64,000 nt of DNA from Prevotella sp. (GTDB lineage: Bacteria; Bacteroidota; Bacteroidia; Bacteroidales; Bacteroidaceae). Positions 17,567-26,950 of this stretch are shown here, piece by piece. The number at the start of each line of letters is the position of its first letter. Position 1 is the stretch's first letter. The notes beneath the pieces were generated by a model. That model ran no database searches, was not told the DNA's origin, and saw nothing but the letters and a program-made list of their open reading frames with translations. The stretch is taken from assembly GCA_016291595.1 (NCBI GenBank), contig JAEEXN010000003.1, positions 35,308 through 99,307 on the forward strand, read 5' to 3'. Both the position numbers and the translations under genes were made by a program.

Positions 17567-19027
17567 CTACCAGTTGTTGGTGAGATTGGAGTTCTTTTCG
17601 GTAGCGTTGACTGGGAACGGGAATATCCAGAGCTTCGAGTCGGGACGCAAGGTGTAGGTCTTGCCGCCGATGGTGTGGCTCAGCGTGGTGGCCCATTCGC
17701 TTTCAACGTTCCAGCGCTTGCGGGTGTAATAGGTCCAGTCGGTCCAGAGATACTCGGCTGCAACCGTCTTCTTCAGCCATTCAATGGCATCGGCCTTAGT
17801 GGTGACGGTCCCTTCCAGTTTCTCAAAACCTTCGGGCAGACGCTTGGCGCGCAGCTGGTCGAGCCAGTTCATGGCTGTACCGATATTGCCAGAGCGTATC
17901 TCGCATTCTGCGATGAAGAGATACATTTGCGGGACAGAGAGTCCTGCCTTATTCTGGTAGTGGTCGAAGTCCATTGCTGCATTCCATCCCGGCAGGCCGA
18001 TAGAAGCTCCGTAGTCAGAATAGTCCCTGCCTTGATAGATAAAGCCGGCATATTGTTTCGACATGACATCGGAGGTACCTCTGCGGCCATACTCCTCTTC
18101 CATCCAGTTCCACTCAGAGGGAGCAACCCATGAATAGTAATTCATGTCGGGAATCATGAACAGCGTCTCGGGATTGTTGCGGTCGTCGACAGGAACAACA
18201 AAATAGGTGTTTCCTAACATGCCATGAGCCTCTTCCACATTAGCGTAATAGTCGAAGAGCGTGTTGGTGATGCCGAGCACCTGCTTGGCCGTAGCCTCAG
18301 CCTCAGTGTAGTTGCGCATACCCATCAGGATGTGTGCTTTCAGGGCCAGTGCAGCTTTCTTGTCCCAGCGCATGAAGTTGAGGGCCTTGTCGGGCAGGGC
18401 GTTCAGGGCCAGGGCGTCGTTCACGTCTTGCAGCATGTTGTCGTAGCACTCTTGAATGGTGTTCTTGGGGTGCTGCTCCATGATGTCCATGTCTTCTTTC
18501 ATGTAAATGATGGCTGCATCATCGCCGTTCGAGCCGTTGTAAGCGGCAGCGAAACGCTGGAATACCATGAAATGGCAAAAGGCGCGAGCAACGAGGGCCT
18601 CTGCCTTGAGGGCATTCTTGGTTGCCTCGGGGCCGCTGGCCATATCCAACTGCTTGAGGATAGGATTGCTCACGCGGCCGATGATGTTGTAGCACGAAGT
18701 GTACTGTCCGTCGGTGTTGGCCTGTACGGCCAGGCGGGTAAGATTCTCCTGGTCGTCGAAATAGCCATTATAGATGGCTGCTGTCGATTTGTTATCCACG
18801 GTCAGAGGCACCGACACATCCGAATAAGCGTAGATGATGTTAGCGCCCACGCGCCGGGTGTTCATCGATGAGACGCCATCGTAGGTGTCGCTATTGAGCA
18901 GAAGGGCCAGGTCGTCGGTCGTGCTGAGGAGGTTTTCTCCTTTAGGCTGAATCTCTGTGAAGTCGGCGCAGGCTGTCGTTAACAACGCTGCCGAGCCAAG
19001 CATCAAGCTATATATAATCTTTTTCAT
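17567..19027 (-). CDS. SusD/RagB family outer-membrane lipoprotein
   Basis: Lipobox TTAC; KAEALVARAF.HF, ALALKAH..L, YLFIAEC..R.G...A...L..LR..R; immediately downstream of susC. Confidence 0.92.
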   Translation of the reverse strand: MKKIIYSLMLGSAALLTTACADFTEIQPKGENLLSTTDDLALLLNSDTYDGVSSMNTRRVGANIIYAYSDVSVPLTVDNKSTAAIYNGYFDDQENLTRLAVQANTDGQYTSCYNIIGRVSNPILKQLDMASGPEATKNALKAEALVARAFCHFMVFQRFAAAYNGSNGDDAAIIYMKEDMDIMEQHPKNTIQECYDNMLQDVNDALALNALPDKALNFMRWDKKAALALKAHILMGMRNYTEAEATAKQVLGITNTLFDYYANVEEAHGMLGNTYFVVPVDDRNNPETLFMIPDMNYYSWVAPSEWNWMEEEYGRRGTSDVMSKQYAGFIYQGRDYSDYGASIGLPGWNAAMDFDHYQNKAGLSVPQMYLFIAECEIRSGNIGTAMNWLDQLRAKRLPEGFEKLEGTVTTKADAIEWLKKTVAAEYLWTDWTYYTRKRWNVESEWATTLSHTIGGKTYTLRPDSKLWIFPFPVNATEKNSNLTNNW

Positions 19028-19041
19028 TGCTATATCTGTTT

Positions 19042-22000
19042 TTAGAGGTTCACGTTAAGACTGAAAATGTAGTTAGAGCGAGTGCGGATGCCCAAAGTCT
19101 CAGGATCTACACCCAGGTCGTTGGCTGTCCAGAGGGCTTTGGGGTTGTCAATCTGGAACTGCAGGCGTGCACGGTTCACGTGGAGGGCTCTCAGCAATGA
19201 GCTTGGCACGTTGTAGCCCAGCACGATGTTACGAATCTTCAGGAAAGAAGCGTCGTGAACGGCTCTGTTGCTGTAGGAGGGCTCGCTGCCCAGGGCACCC
19301 GACGAGTAGCGTCCGAATCCCGGAGTGTCGGTATGGTTCTCCGGAGTCCATGCATTGAGGAAGTAGCTGGCTACAGCACTGTATGAAGGCGTAAAGGTCT
19401 CGGTCTCTGCCAGGCAACGCATCACGTGGCCGCCGTAGTAGGCCATCTGCACACCCAGGGTGAAGTTCTGCCACTGCAGCTCGTTGCCAATACCGATGAT
19501 GGTCTTTGGCTCTGTCTGTCCGCTATACTCCATAATCTCAGGTCCGCCGCTTCCGTTATGCGAGATGACGCCGTTCTGTCCGTACCAAAGGGTCTCACCG
19601 GCGGGAACGCCATAGCCGTTTTCCTCTGTTCCGTCAGAGATACCTGCGAAGCGGTAGCTCCATACGGCGCTGGCGGGATATCCCTCCTTGAAGGGGTTGG
19701 AGATCAGCTGGTAACCGTTGACCGAAGGATTCTCCACCTTGGTCACCTTGTTGTCGTTGTGTGTGAAGGTGAAGGTAGTGCTCCATCCGAAGTCTTTCTC
19801 CGTGCGGGCGCGGAACCACTCGGCTGTGAGCAGCAGCTCAATACCGTGGTTGCGCATCTCGGCAGCATTGACCACCAGGCTGGTGAAACCGGTTGTGGGG
19901 TCGAGCGGCTTGTTGGAGAACACGTCCTTCGACTTCTTGTAATAGTAGTCCAGAGCTCCACGCAGGCGGTTGTCGAACAGCGAGTAGTCGATACCGATGT
20001 TGGTGATGTTGCTCTTCTCCCAGCGCAGATCGGGGTTGCCCGGGCTGGTGATGTTGGCCAATGGCAGGTAGGTGTAATAGTTGGTCTCGCCCGTAGAGGC
20101 CGTCATATACGATGTGGCGCTTTGGTAGATGTTACCTGTGCCTCCATAGCTGAAGCGCAGTTTCAGGTAGTTCACCCAATCCACGTCCTTCATGAACGAC
20201 TCGTTGTCGATGTTCCATGCGCCGCCGACTGACCATAGCGGTTTTCCGCGGTACTTCACGTTCAGGCCGTAGACGTCGGCATAGTCCTTACGCCACGATG
20301 CAAACACGTTGTACTTCTCGTCGTAGGTGTAGGTGAAGTTGGCATAGCCAGAGCCGTAGCGGTGGGTTATCTCGGTAATAAGTGCCATCGAGTTTTCGAT
20401 ATAGGGCTCAAATGCGAACTGGCTGCAGGGATAGCCGTTATAAAAATAGCTGTTGTTGCGCATTCCCTTGATGGTGTTGAAGTTGATGTTGTCGGTCAGG
20501 CTGGTCTGCAGCTGCTCGTCGTAGCCCAGCAGAATGGAGTTGTTGCCCCAGCTCTTGGTCTCGCGGAACTCCAGACCGGCAATGGCGTTGATGGCATGCT
20601 TGCCGAAAGTCTTGATATAGTCGAGCTGTCCGCGGGCTGTCCAATAGCGTCCCTCGGTGTTGGTGAATCGCTTGATACCGCCCGTCTCGGGTGTGAGATG
20701 GGTGACGACACCGTCTTGCAGCACGGTGAACGCATTGCGCAGTGTGCGTGCGGCATGGCTCTCCTGATTGGCATACCATTCGGTGCTGGTGTGGTCGGTC
20801 TCATAGACGAACAGTCCTCTGGCTGTCAGTCCGTCGATAATCTTGAACAGCAACTCGCCATGATAGCGCATGTGCTGGCGCTCATAGGTGGTGACATTAT
20901 TATAGAGTTCCTCTACGGGGTCGGAGCTCGTATCAACCAGCCCTTCTTTGGTAAACATGTCATAGTAGAAGTTTCCGTCGTACCAGCCAAAGAGCCGGCG
21001 GGCCGTTCCGTCTTCGTTGTAGAAAGGCTCGTAGGCCGGGTGAATCCAGATGTTCTGGCCACCGGAGCGGCCGCCTATGGTAGCATAGCTGTTATAGTCG
21101 CTGCCCTGATATTTCTGTTTGCCATACACGCCGTTGATGCCGACGTTGAAGGTGAGCCACTTGGCCAGGTCGAAGCTGCCTTTGTAGTTCACGCTCAGCT
21201 GGCGGTCCATGTGGTTGAGAATGCCCACGTTGTCGTGCTTGAAGTTCAGCGTCAGGTTGTTCTGCATCTTCTCGCCGCGGCTGCGCAGAGAGAGGTTGTA
21301 CTCTTGCATCACCTGCTGGCGATAGACTGCGTCGCCGAACTCCTTGGCGAAGTTGTTCTTGCTCAGCTGGCTTTTGATGCTCTGCAGCTCTGCATCGGAA
21401 ATCTCACCGGCAGCCCTGCGATAGTAAGCGTATGCCAGTGCAGAGATGGGTTCAGTTCCTTGAGTGATTTTTGGCTCGTAGTCGGCTGCCGTATTACCTG
21501 CTTCTCCATACCAGTAATCATAAAAATCCGACTCTATTTTTACTTGTTGGGCTGCATTCATATAGAAATTGTCGTTGTAGTCGAGGTTACGATTCTCTGT
21601 TAGAGAAAGGTTTGCAGAGAAATCTATCTCTACTTTACCTTTTTTCTTGGCGTTTTTGGTAGTCACAACAATTACGCCATTGGCGGCGCGGGCACCATAG
21701 ATGGCCGTGGCGGCAGCGTCTTTCAGCACGTTCACGGTCTCGATGTCGTAGATGTTCAGGTCGGTCAGCTTACCTTCCATGGGCAGACCGTCGACAACGA
21801 GCAGCGGACTTGTCTCTGCATAGAGCGAGCTGGTACCACGAATCTTGATCTCGCCGCCGTAGGTTGACAGACCGGCGATACGGCCTTCCAGGTTGCTGAC
21901 GATGTTGCTGGTATAACGGTCTTGCAGGGCCTCGGCTGTGATGGTGGCTGTGGCACCCGTCATGTTCTTCTTCGAGATGGTCTGATAACCCGTCACGACA

Positions 22001-22587
22001 ACCTCGTCGAGCGAGGCGCTGCTGGTCATCGTCACGTCCTCGGTCACGTGGCCGTTGCCTGCCTTCAGGTGAACGATGGCGTTTTCCATACCTACGAAGG
22101 TGAACTTCAGGTCGCAGGCATTGGCGGGCACTTTCAGGGTGTAGAAGCCGTTGCCGTCGGTGATGGTGCACACCTTCGAGTCGTCGATGCAGATGCTCAC
22201 GCCGGGCAGCGTCTCACCCATATCGTCTCTCACCACTCCCGTCACGGTGCGGGTACGTGCTCCCGAGAGTTTGCGTGTCACGGTGACGATGCTTCCCTCC
22301 AGGTCGTAGGTGCAGTTGATGCGGTTCATCACATCGTTGAGCACCTGGCGCACGGGTTTGTTCTGTGCCTTGACCGTCACCTTAGGGAAGGTCTTGGCCA
22401 GCTCGGCGCTGTAGATGAAGTTCAGTCCTGTTTGTTTCTTCACTTCTGCAAAGAATTGCTTCACAGTCACTTGCGTCATGTCGAGCGTCACGGTCTTGTC
22501 CTTTACCGACTGTGCAGACACCGAGAGTGTCAGCAGCGTCATGAGCAGAAGGACGACCATTCGTCTAGTTGCTTTGATTTTTTTCAT
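19042..22587 (-). CDS. SusC/RagA TonB-dependent transporter with N-terminal STN signalling domain
   Basis: STN-like N-terminus, carboxypeptidase-regulatory-like domain, LDEVVVTGY, VLKDAAATAIYGARAANGVIVVTTK, NPDLRWEK, DASFLKIRNI.LGY. Confidence 0.96.
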   Translation of the reverse strand: MKKIKATRRMVVLLLMTLLTLSVSAQSVKDKTVTLDMTQVTVKQFFAEVKKQTGLNFIYSAELAKTFPKVTVKAQNKPVRQVLNDVMNRINCTYDLEGSIVTVTRKLSGARTRTVTGVVRDDMGETLPGVSICIDDSKVCTITDGNGFYTLKVPANACDLKFTFVGMENAIVHLKAGNGHVTEDVTMTSSASLDEVVVTGYQTISKKNMTGATATITAEALQDRYTSNIVSNLEGRIAGLSTYGGEIKIRGTSSLYAETSPLLVVDGLPMEGKLTDLNIYDIETVNVLKDAAATAIYGARAANGVIVVTTKNAKKKGKVEIDFSANLSLTENRNLDYNDNFYMNAAQQVKIESDFYDYWYGEAGNTAADYEPKITQGTEPISALAYAYYRRAAGEISDAELQSIKSQLSKNNFAKEFGDAVYRQQVMQEYNLSLRSRGEKMQNNLTLNFKHDNVGILNHMDRQLSVNYKGSFDLAKWLTFNVGINGVYGKQKYQGSDYNSYATIGGRSGGQNIWIHPAYEPFYNEDGTARRLFGWYDGNFYYDMFTKEGLVDTSSDPVEELYNNVTTYERQHMRYHGELLFKIIDGLTARGLFVYETDHTSTEWYANQESHAARTLRNAFTVLQDGVVTHLTPETGGIKRFTNTEGRYWTARGQLDYIKTFGKHAINAIAGLEFRETKSWGNNSILLGYDEQLQTSLTDNINFNTIKGMRNNSYFYNGYPCSQFAFEPYIENSMALITEITHRYGSGYANFTYTYDEKYNVFASWRKDYADVYGLNVKYRGKPLWSVGGAWNIDNESFMKDVDWVNYLKLRFSYGGTGNIYQSATSYMTASTGETNYYTYLPLANITSPGNPDLRWEKSNITNIGIDYSLFDNRLRGALDYYYKKSKDVFSNKPLDPTTGFTSLVVNAAEMRNHGIELLLTAEWFRARTEKDFGWSTTFTFTHNDNKVTKVENPSVNGYQLISNPFKEGYPASAVWSYRFAGISDGTEENGYGVPAGETLWYGQNGVISHNGSGGPEIMEYSGQTEPKTIIGIGNELQWQNFTLGVQMAYYGGHVMRCLAETETFTPSYSAVASYFLNAWTPENHTDTPGFGRYSSGALGSEPSYSNRAVHDASFLKIRNIVLGYNVPSSLLRALHVNRARLQFQIDNPKALWTANDLGVDPETLGIRTRSNYIFSLNVNL

Positions 22588-23127
22588 GCTCTCTTTTTTT
22601 TAGTTAATATTAAGGTGTATTTGTTGTCACTTTTCTAGTTATACGGAGAAAAATCAAAAATGTACTCAATGATTTTTCACTTTTCATATGATTACAGTTT
22701 CTTTGTTAGCACATATACTGGACCATCGTGGTCAGAACCACCATCCAGAGTCATGACATTACCGTTCATCCAATATCCGATAGAGATGTCGGCTATGGTT
22801 AGCTCTTGTTTCTCCTCATTTAACAAAAATCTGTATTTCCCATTATCAAGGAAGTACAAGTTTTTTTCATTATTATTCCTTTTGACAATAACAACTCCTG
22901 TATTGCTGAATGTATATGTGTCTTTGCCAGACTCAAACGTTTTTCCATGGAAGCCCTTGCTAACCGTTGTCAACTCCCACTCGCCAAGTATATAGGTATG
23001 TATGCTCTCGTCAATTGGCGGGTTGTCGTCCTCTTTACACCCTTGGACGACCATTGCCGCAGTCATCAACAGCGTCATGAGCAGAAGGACGACCATTCGT
23101 CTAGTTGTTCTGATTCTTTTCATGCTC
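22534..23127. repeat. 58-bp direct repeat (22534-22591 and 23070-23127) encoding a shared start and signal peptide
   Basis: 38 bp identical plus 20 bp with 3 mismatches (55/58); encodes MKKIKATRRMVVLLLMTL in SusC and MKRIRTTRRMVVLLLMTL in the lipoprotein. Confidence 0.92.
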
Positions 23128-23129
23128 AT
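22692..23129 (-). CDS. Small lipoprotein, lipocalin-like
   Basis: Lipobox VQGC followed by KEDD; ILGEWEL (GxW lipocalin-type motif); AT-rich mature region. Confidence 0.7.
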   Translation of the reverse strand: MSMKRIRTTRRMVVLLLMTLLMTAAMVVQGCKEDDNPPIDESIHTYILGEWELTTVSKGFHGKTFESGKDTYTFSNTGVVIVKRNNNEKNLYFLDNGKYRFLLNEEKQELTIADISIGYWMNGNVMTLDGGSDHDGPVYVLTKKL

Positions 23130-23137
23130 ATTATATA

Positions 23138-23542
23138 TTAATTACCGTTTCTGATGTAGATACATTTAATGTTATTGATAGGTGGGTATTTGTCAAATTG
23201 ACCAAACTGCTCAATACTGATAATATTACCTTTTATATCATGGATGACCCCATATTGTTGATCACTGCTTATGGAGGATAGTGGAACGGGGTAAGTAATA
23301 TAAACCGTACTGTTGTTCCACTCGCCTTGAAAAATCTGTACCATACTAAAATCATCGACCTTCTCAAACACGAACAATGGTATTTTTGCAAGAGGTATCA
23401 ATTCTACAGGAACAGTCTTCCCATAAAGGGTTACGTCAAAAGTACCTCCTATATTATCTTCCCTGTCACTACACCTCGCTAATCCCATAGTCATGAGTAG
23501 AAGGATGGCTAATGTCGTGTATTTAATAATGGTTATCTTCAT
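23138..23542 (-). CDS. Hypothetical lipoprotein
   Basis: Signal peptide ending LARC then SDRED; AT-rich; co-oriented in the operon. Confidence 0.65.
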   Translation of the reverse strand: MKITIIKYTTLAILLLMTMGLARCSDREDNIGGTFDVTLYGKTVPVELIPLAKIPLFVFEKVDDFSMVQIFQGEWNNSTVYITYPVPLSSISSDQQYGVIHDIKGNIISIEQFGQFDKYPPINNIKCIYIRNGN

Positions 23543-23630
23543 ATTCTATGACTTTATTTGGAAGTAATTTATTTTTACGGATTACAAATCCATATAATCT
23601 CTATGGCTGGATAGAAATCCAGCAAAGGGT

Positions 23631-24788
23631 TTACTCGCTGATGATGATGTCCTTGCCGCGTACCTCGATGCGCAGGCCCGTCACCTTGTGGATGGCCTTC
23701 ATCGTGGGGAGAATCGACTCGTATTTGTCTATCTCGCCCGTGAAGCGCATCTCGCGGATAGCGTCGTCGTTAAACTCTACGCGCTTGTTGTACCAGTGGC
23801 CCAGCACGCGCATCAGCTGCTCGAGCGTGCAGTCGTCGAACATGAAGGTGCCAGTGTTCCAGGCGATGTAGGGCATGATGTCTACCTGACTGATGACAGG
23901 TTCTGTCTCGCCGGGCTGAAGGATGGCCATGTCGTTGGGACGCATCATACTCTCGGCGCCGCCGCGCGGGGTGATGCCGATGCTGCCGTTGACGAGCACG
24001 ACGCGGGTTGCCCCGATCTCGTCGCGCGTGTTGATGTTAAACTCGGTGCCATACTGGCGCACGTCGCCGTTGGGCGTATGCACGATGAAGGGGCGGCTCT
24101 TGTCTTTAGCCACGAAGAAATAGGCCTCGCCCTGCAGCTCCACCTCGCGTGTATCGCCGCTGAAGTGGATGGGGTAGGTGAGCTGGGTGCCATAATTAAG
24201 ATGTACGCGCGTACCATCTTCTAATGTCATCCAGAACTCCGAGTCGTGATGGGTAGTGACGGTACGGTCCTGAATGGCGGGTGCTGAATGGTGGGTGTTG
24301 ACGGCTTGCGCTTTAGCGATGGCCTCTTCGCTGCTCACACTGACGGGCTGGCCGTCGATGGTCACCACGGCCTGGTTCTTGCCCGATTGCTCTGCCCGCT
24401 GGATGGCTGCCATCACCTCGTCGGAGAGCTTGGGCTGCTCCACGCGGCTGTTGAACCACATGGCGGTGCCGACAAGAATGCAGAGGAAAACGGCAGCGAT
24501 GCGGAGCATACGCTTGATATTGTGAACTCTGGCGCTTGACTTATGAACAACCGGCTTATTGCCTTTTGGAATTCTCGTCTGGGTGCGCTGTGAGATAGTC
24601 TCCAGCATGTGGCGCTTAAGCGTCTCGTCGATGGAGGCATTCTCGTCGGTTTCCTGCCACAGTTCGCTCAAGTAGTTGTTCAGTTCCGCGTCGTTCAACA
24701 TGTCGGCCTGCTGGCGGAGGATGTCCAGTTCCTCGCTGCTCAGCCGGCCTTGCATATACTTTTTCAGAAGTGTCTTAAATGTGTGCAT
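23631..24788 (-). CDS. FecR family anti-sigma factor
   Basis: Single TM segment; LEDGTRVHLN.GT.L.YP, REVELQGEAYF.V.KD..RPFIV, YGTEFNI, IAW..G.F.F. Confidence 0.93.
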   Translation of the reverse strand: MHTFKTLLKKYMQGRLSSEELDILRQQADMLNDAELNNYLSELWQETDENASIDETLKRHMLETISQRTQTRIPKGNKPVVHKSSARVHNIKRMLRIAAVFLCILVGTAMWFNSRVEQPKLSDEVMAAIQRAEQSGKNQAVVTIDGQPVSVSSEEAIAKAQAVNTHHSAPAIQDRTVTTHHDSEFWMTLEDGTRVHLNYGTQLTYPIHFSGDTREVELQGEAYFFVAKDKSRPFIVHTPNGDVRQYGTEFNINTRDEIGATRVVLVNGSIGITPRGGAESMMRPNDMAILQPGETEPVISQVDIMPYIAWNTGTFMFDDCTLEQLMRVLGHWYNKRVEFNDDAIREMRFTGEIDKYESILPTMKAIHKVTGLRIEVRGKDIIISE

Positions 24789-24884
24789 AATGATGGTTGT
24801 TTTATAGTAATACTGATTTGAGCCTGATTTGTAATCATGCTTTTTCGTTTTTTTTATAAAAAAGTTGTATTTTAGCTGTTACTG

Positions 24885-25463
24885 CTATAATTGGCAGTAG
24901 AGAATCAGTAGTGGAGCAAAAGGCTCGAGCTCCTGACGGATGGTTTTCATGGCGGCTGTCAGGAGGTTGCGGACGGCCTGGTTGCTGATGCCCATGAGTT
25001 TTTCAATCTCAGAGTGAGAAAGGTTTTGCTCCTTACTCATCTCGAACACTTGGCGCTGGCGTGGCGACAACTTTGTCTTGGCTTTTTCCAGTTGCCTGAT
25101 GAATTCTTCCAAGCTGAGATTCTGTTCAGCCTCGTTGTAGCTGACCATCGAGGATGTAAAAGTGATGTAGTCGGGCATTAGCGGATTGCGCAACTGTTTG
25201 CGGAACTCATCGGCTATGCGGTGGTAGGCGATAGTGAACAGATACGACTTGAAGGAATGCTCAGGGTTAATGGTTTCGTGGTTTTCCCAAACTTTGACAA
25301 AAGTGTCTTGGACAATATCCTGAGCCGTAGATTCGGACTTGACAATCTTGAGGACAAACTGATAGAGACGTGCTACCCACTGGTCATACAATAGCTTGAA
25401 GCTGTCGTATGAGCCGGCATTCAGTCGTTGTAATAGTAGCATATCTTCTCTCATAGTTGCCAT
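24885..25463 (-). CDS. ECF sigma-70 factor
   Basis: AQDIVQDTFVKVWE and SFKSYLFTIA (region 2); LSPRQRQVF.MS....LSHSEI (region 4); adjacent to FecR. Confidence 0.94.
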   Translation of the reverse strand: MATMREDMLLLQRLNAGSYDSFKLLYDQWVARLYQFVLKIVKSESTAQDIVQDTFVKVWENHETINPEHSFKSYLFTIAYHRIADEFRKQLRNPLMPDYITFTSSMVSYNEAEQNLSLEEFIRQLEKAKTKLSPRQRQVFEMSKEQNLSHSEIEKLMGISNQAVRNLLTAAMKTIRQELEPFAPLLILYCQL

Positions 25464-25560
25464 TTCGTTGCAAAGTTAATCAAAAAAAAACAAATTAACA
25501 GAAAACGGGAGAAATATTTCGCAAACCGGCACAAAAAACTGTCGCTACAAAAAAGAAAAA

Positions 25561-25585
25561 AGGCAGACCTGCGAAAAGTCTGCCT
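25561..25585 (-). terminator. Intrinsic terminator after ribH
   Basis: AGGCAGAC-loop-GTCTGCCT followed by a T-run on the minus strand. Confidence 0.8.
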
Positions 25586-25608
25586 GATGTTGGATTGTCT
25601 GTTGAATG

Positions 25609-26085
25609 TTAGAACTTAGCCATTTTGATGGCGTCGATGGCACATTCGTCGCCCTTGTTGCCCAGCCGGCCTCCACTACGGTCCTGGGCCTGTTCGAGAT
25701 TGTCGGTGGTGAGCAGGCCGTAGATGACGGGAATGGCGCTGGTGGCGTTGAGATGGGCTATGCCCTGGGTGACGCCCTGACAGATGTAGTCGAAATGGGG
25801 TGTCTCGCCGCGGATGACGCTGCCCAGGATAATGATGGCGTCGTAGCCGTCGTTAAGTGTCATCTGATGGGCGCCGTAGATGAGCTCGAACGAGCCGGGT
25901 ACGGTCTTCACGTGGATGTTCTCGGGCAGAGCTCCGTGCTTCTCCAAAGTGCTGACGGCTCCCTTGAGCAAAGCTCCGGTAATCTCGGGATTCCACTCGG
26001 CTACGACAATGCCGAAGCACATGTTGCTGGCATCGGGAATCTTGTCGAACTCGTAGTCGGAAAGGTTATGAAGTGCTGTTGCCAT
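25609..26085 (-). CDS. ribH: 6,7-dimethyl-8-ribityllumazine synthase
   Basis: [42 protein letters not shown]. Confidence 0.96.
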   Translation of the reverse strand: MATALHNLSDYEFDKIPDASNMCFGIVVAEWNPEITGALLKGAVSTLEKHGALPENIHVKTVPGSFELIYGAHQMTLNDGYDAIIILGSVIRGETPHFDYICQGVTQGIAHLNATSAIPVIYGLLTTDNLEQAQDRSGGRLGNKGDECAIDAIKMAKF

Positions 26086-26103
26086 CGTTGTTCCGGTTGA
26101 CAA

Positions 26104-26802
26104 TTACTCGCTAACGCGCTCAATATACTTGTCAATCTCCTGGCTGACAGCAGCGTTCACATACTTCTTCTTGATGTCCTGATAGATCTTCAGGGCCTCA
26201 GCCTTCTTGTTCTGGCTCTCGAGAATCTCGGCAGCCTGGATGAGGAAGGTGGGAGAGAGACTGTTGTTAGCCTTTGTGGAAGACTTTGAGTCGGCCATGT
26301 CGGCAGCCTTCTTCAGGGCGCTGACAGCTTTGTCGAGCTGGTTGGTATGAGCGTATGCGTTGCCCAAGGCTCCCTGTGCGGCGGGGCTGATCATCTGGTC
26401 GTTAGAACCGGAGAAACTCTCCAGACTCTTCACAGCCTCGGCCCACTTGCCAAGATTGGCGTAGCATAGTCCGGCATAGAGGTTTGCCAGATTGCCTGCG
26501 TCGGTGCTGCTATAATCGCTGGCTACCTTCGCGAAACCGGGGAAACCGGCACCGTCGCCATTGAGCGCTTTGTCAAACTGCTCGGCGTCGAAATACTCCT
26601 GACCCTTGGCCAGAACGGTGCTTGCCTTGGCCTCACGTGGACCAGACACATAGTTCTTATAGAGGGTTAAGCCAGCAAAGAGAATCACTATTGCGGCTAC
26701 TGCGATAAGGATAGCCTTCCGATACTTCATAAAGAAGGCTTCCTGTTTGTTGAGGGTCTCTTCAATAGGCTGACCCTGTTGCTTTACATTTTTGTTTGCC
26801 AT
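26104..26802 (-). CDS. TPR-repeat membrane-anchored protein (YfgM-like)
   Basis: N-terminal TM segment followed by TPR-like helices (ANLYAGLCYANLG, GALGNAYA); sits between ribH and recF. Confidence 0.8.
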   Translation of the reverse strand: MANKNVKQQGQPIEETLNKQEAFFMKYRKAILIAVAAIVILFAGLTLYKNYVSGPREAKASTVLAKGQEYFDAEQFDKALNGDGAGFPGFAKVASDYSSTDAGNLANLYAGLCYANLGKWAEAVKSLESFSGSNDQMISPAAQGALGNAYAHTNQLDKAVSALKKAADMADSKSSTKANNSLSPTFLIQAAEILESQNKKAEALKIYQDIKKKYVNAAVSQEIDKYIERVSE

Positions 26803-26950
26803 TATTTTTGTTGTTTTTGATGTTTCATTTGGGGCACAAAATTACAGAAATTCTCCCACATACTGAAATTTATTGCAGACTTTTTTCTTTTTTTGCCTAT
26901 TTTGCACTAACTTTGCCACTAAATTCGGCAAAGATATACTGACGACAGGC

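Noticed and set aside
19426-22638. Long plus-strand ORFs (268, 413 and 238 aa) opposite susC, and similar shadows opposite tnaA, dcp, S41 peptidase, TlpA and the ABC genes
   Set aside because: Fully overlap well-supported genes on the other strand and lack motifs, signal peptides or promoters
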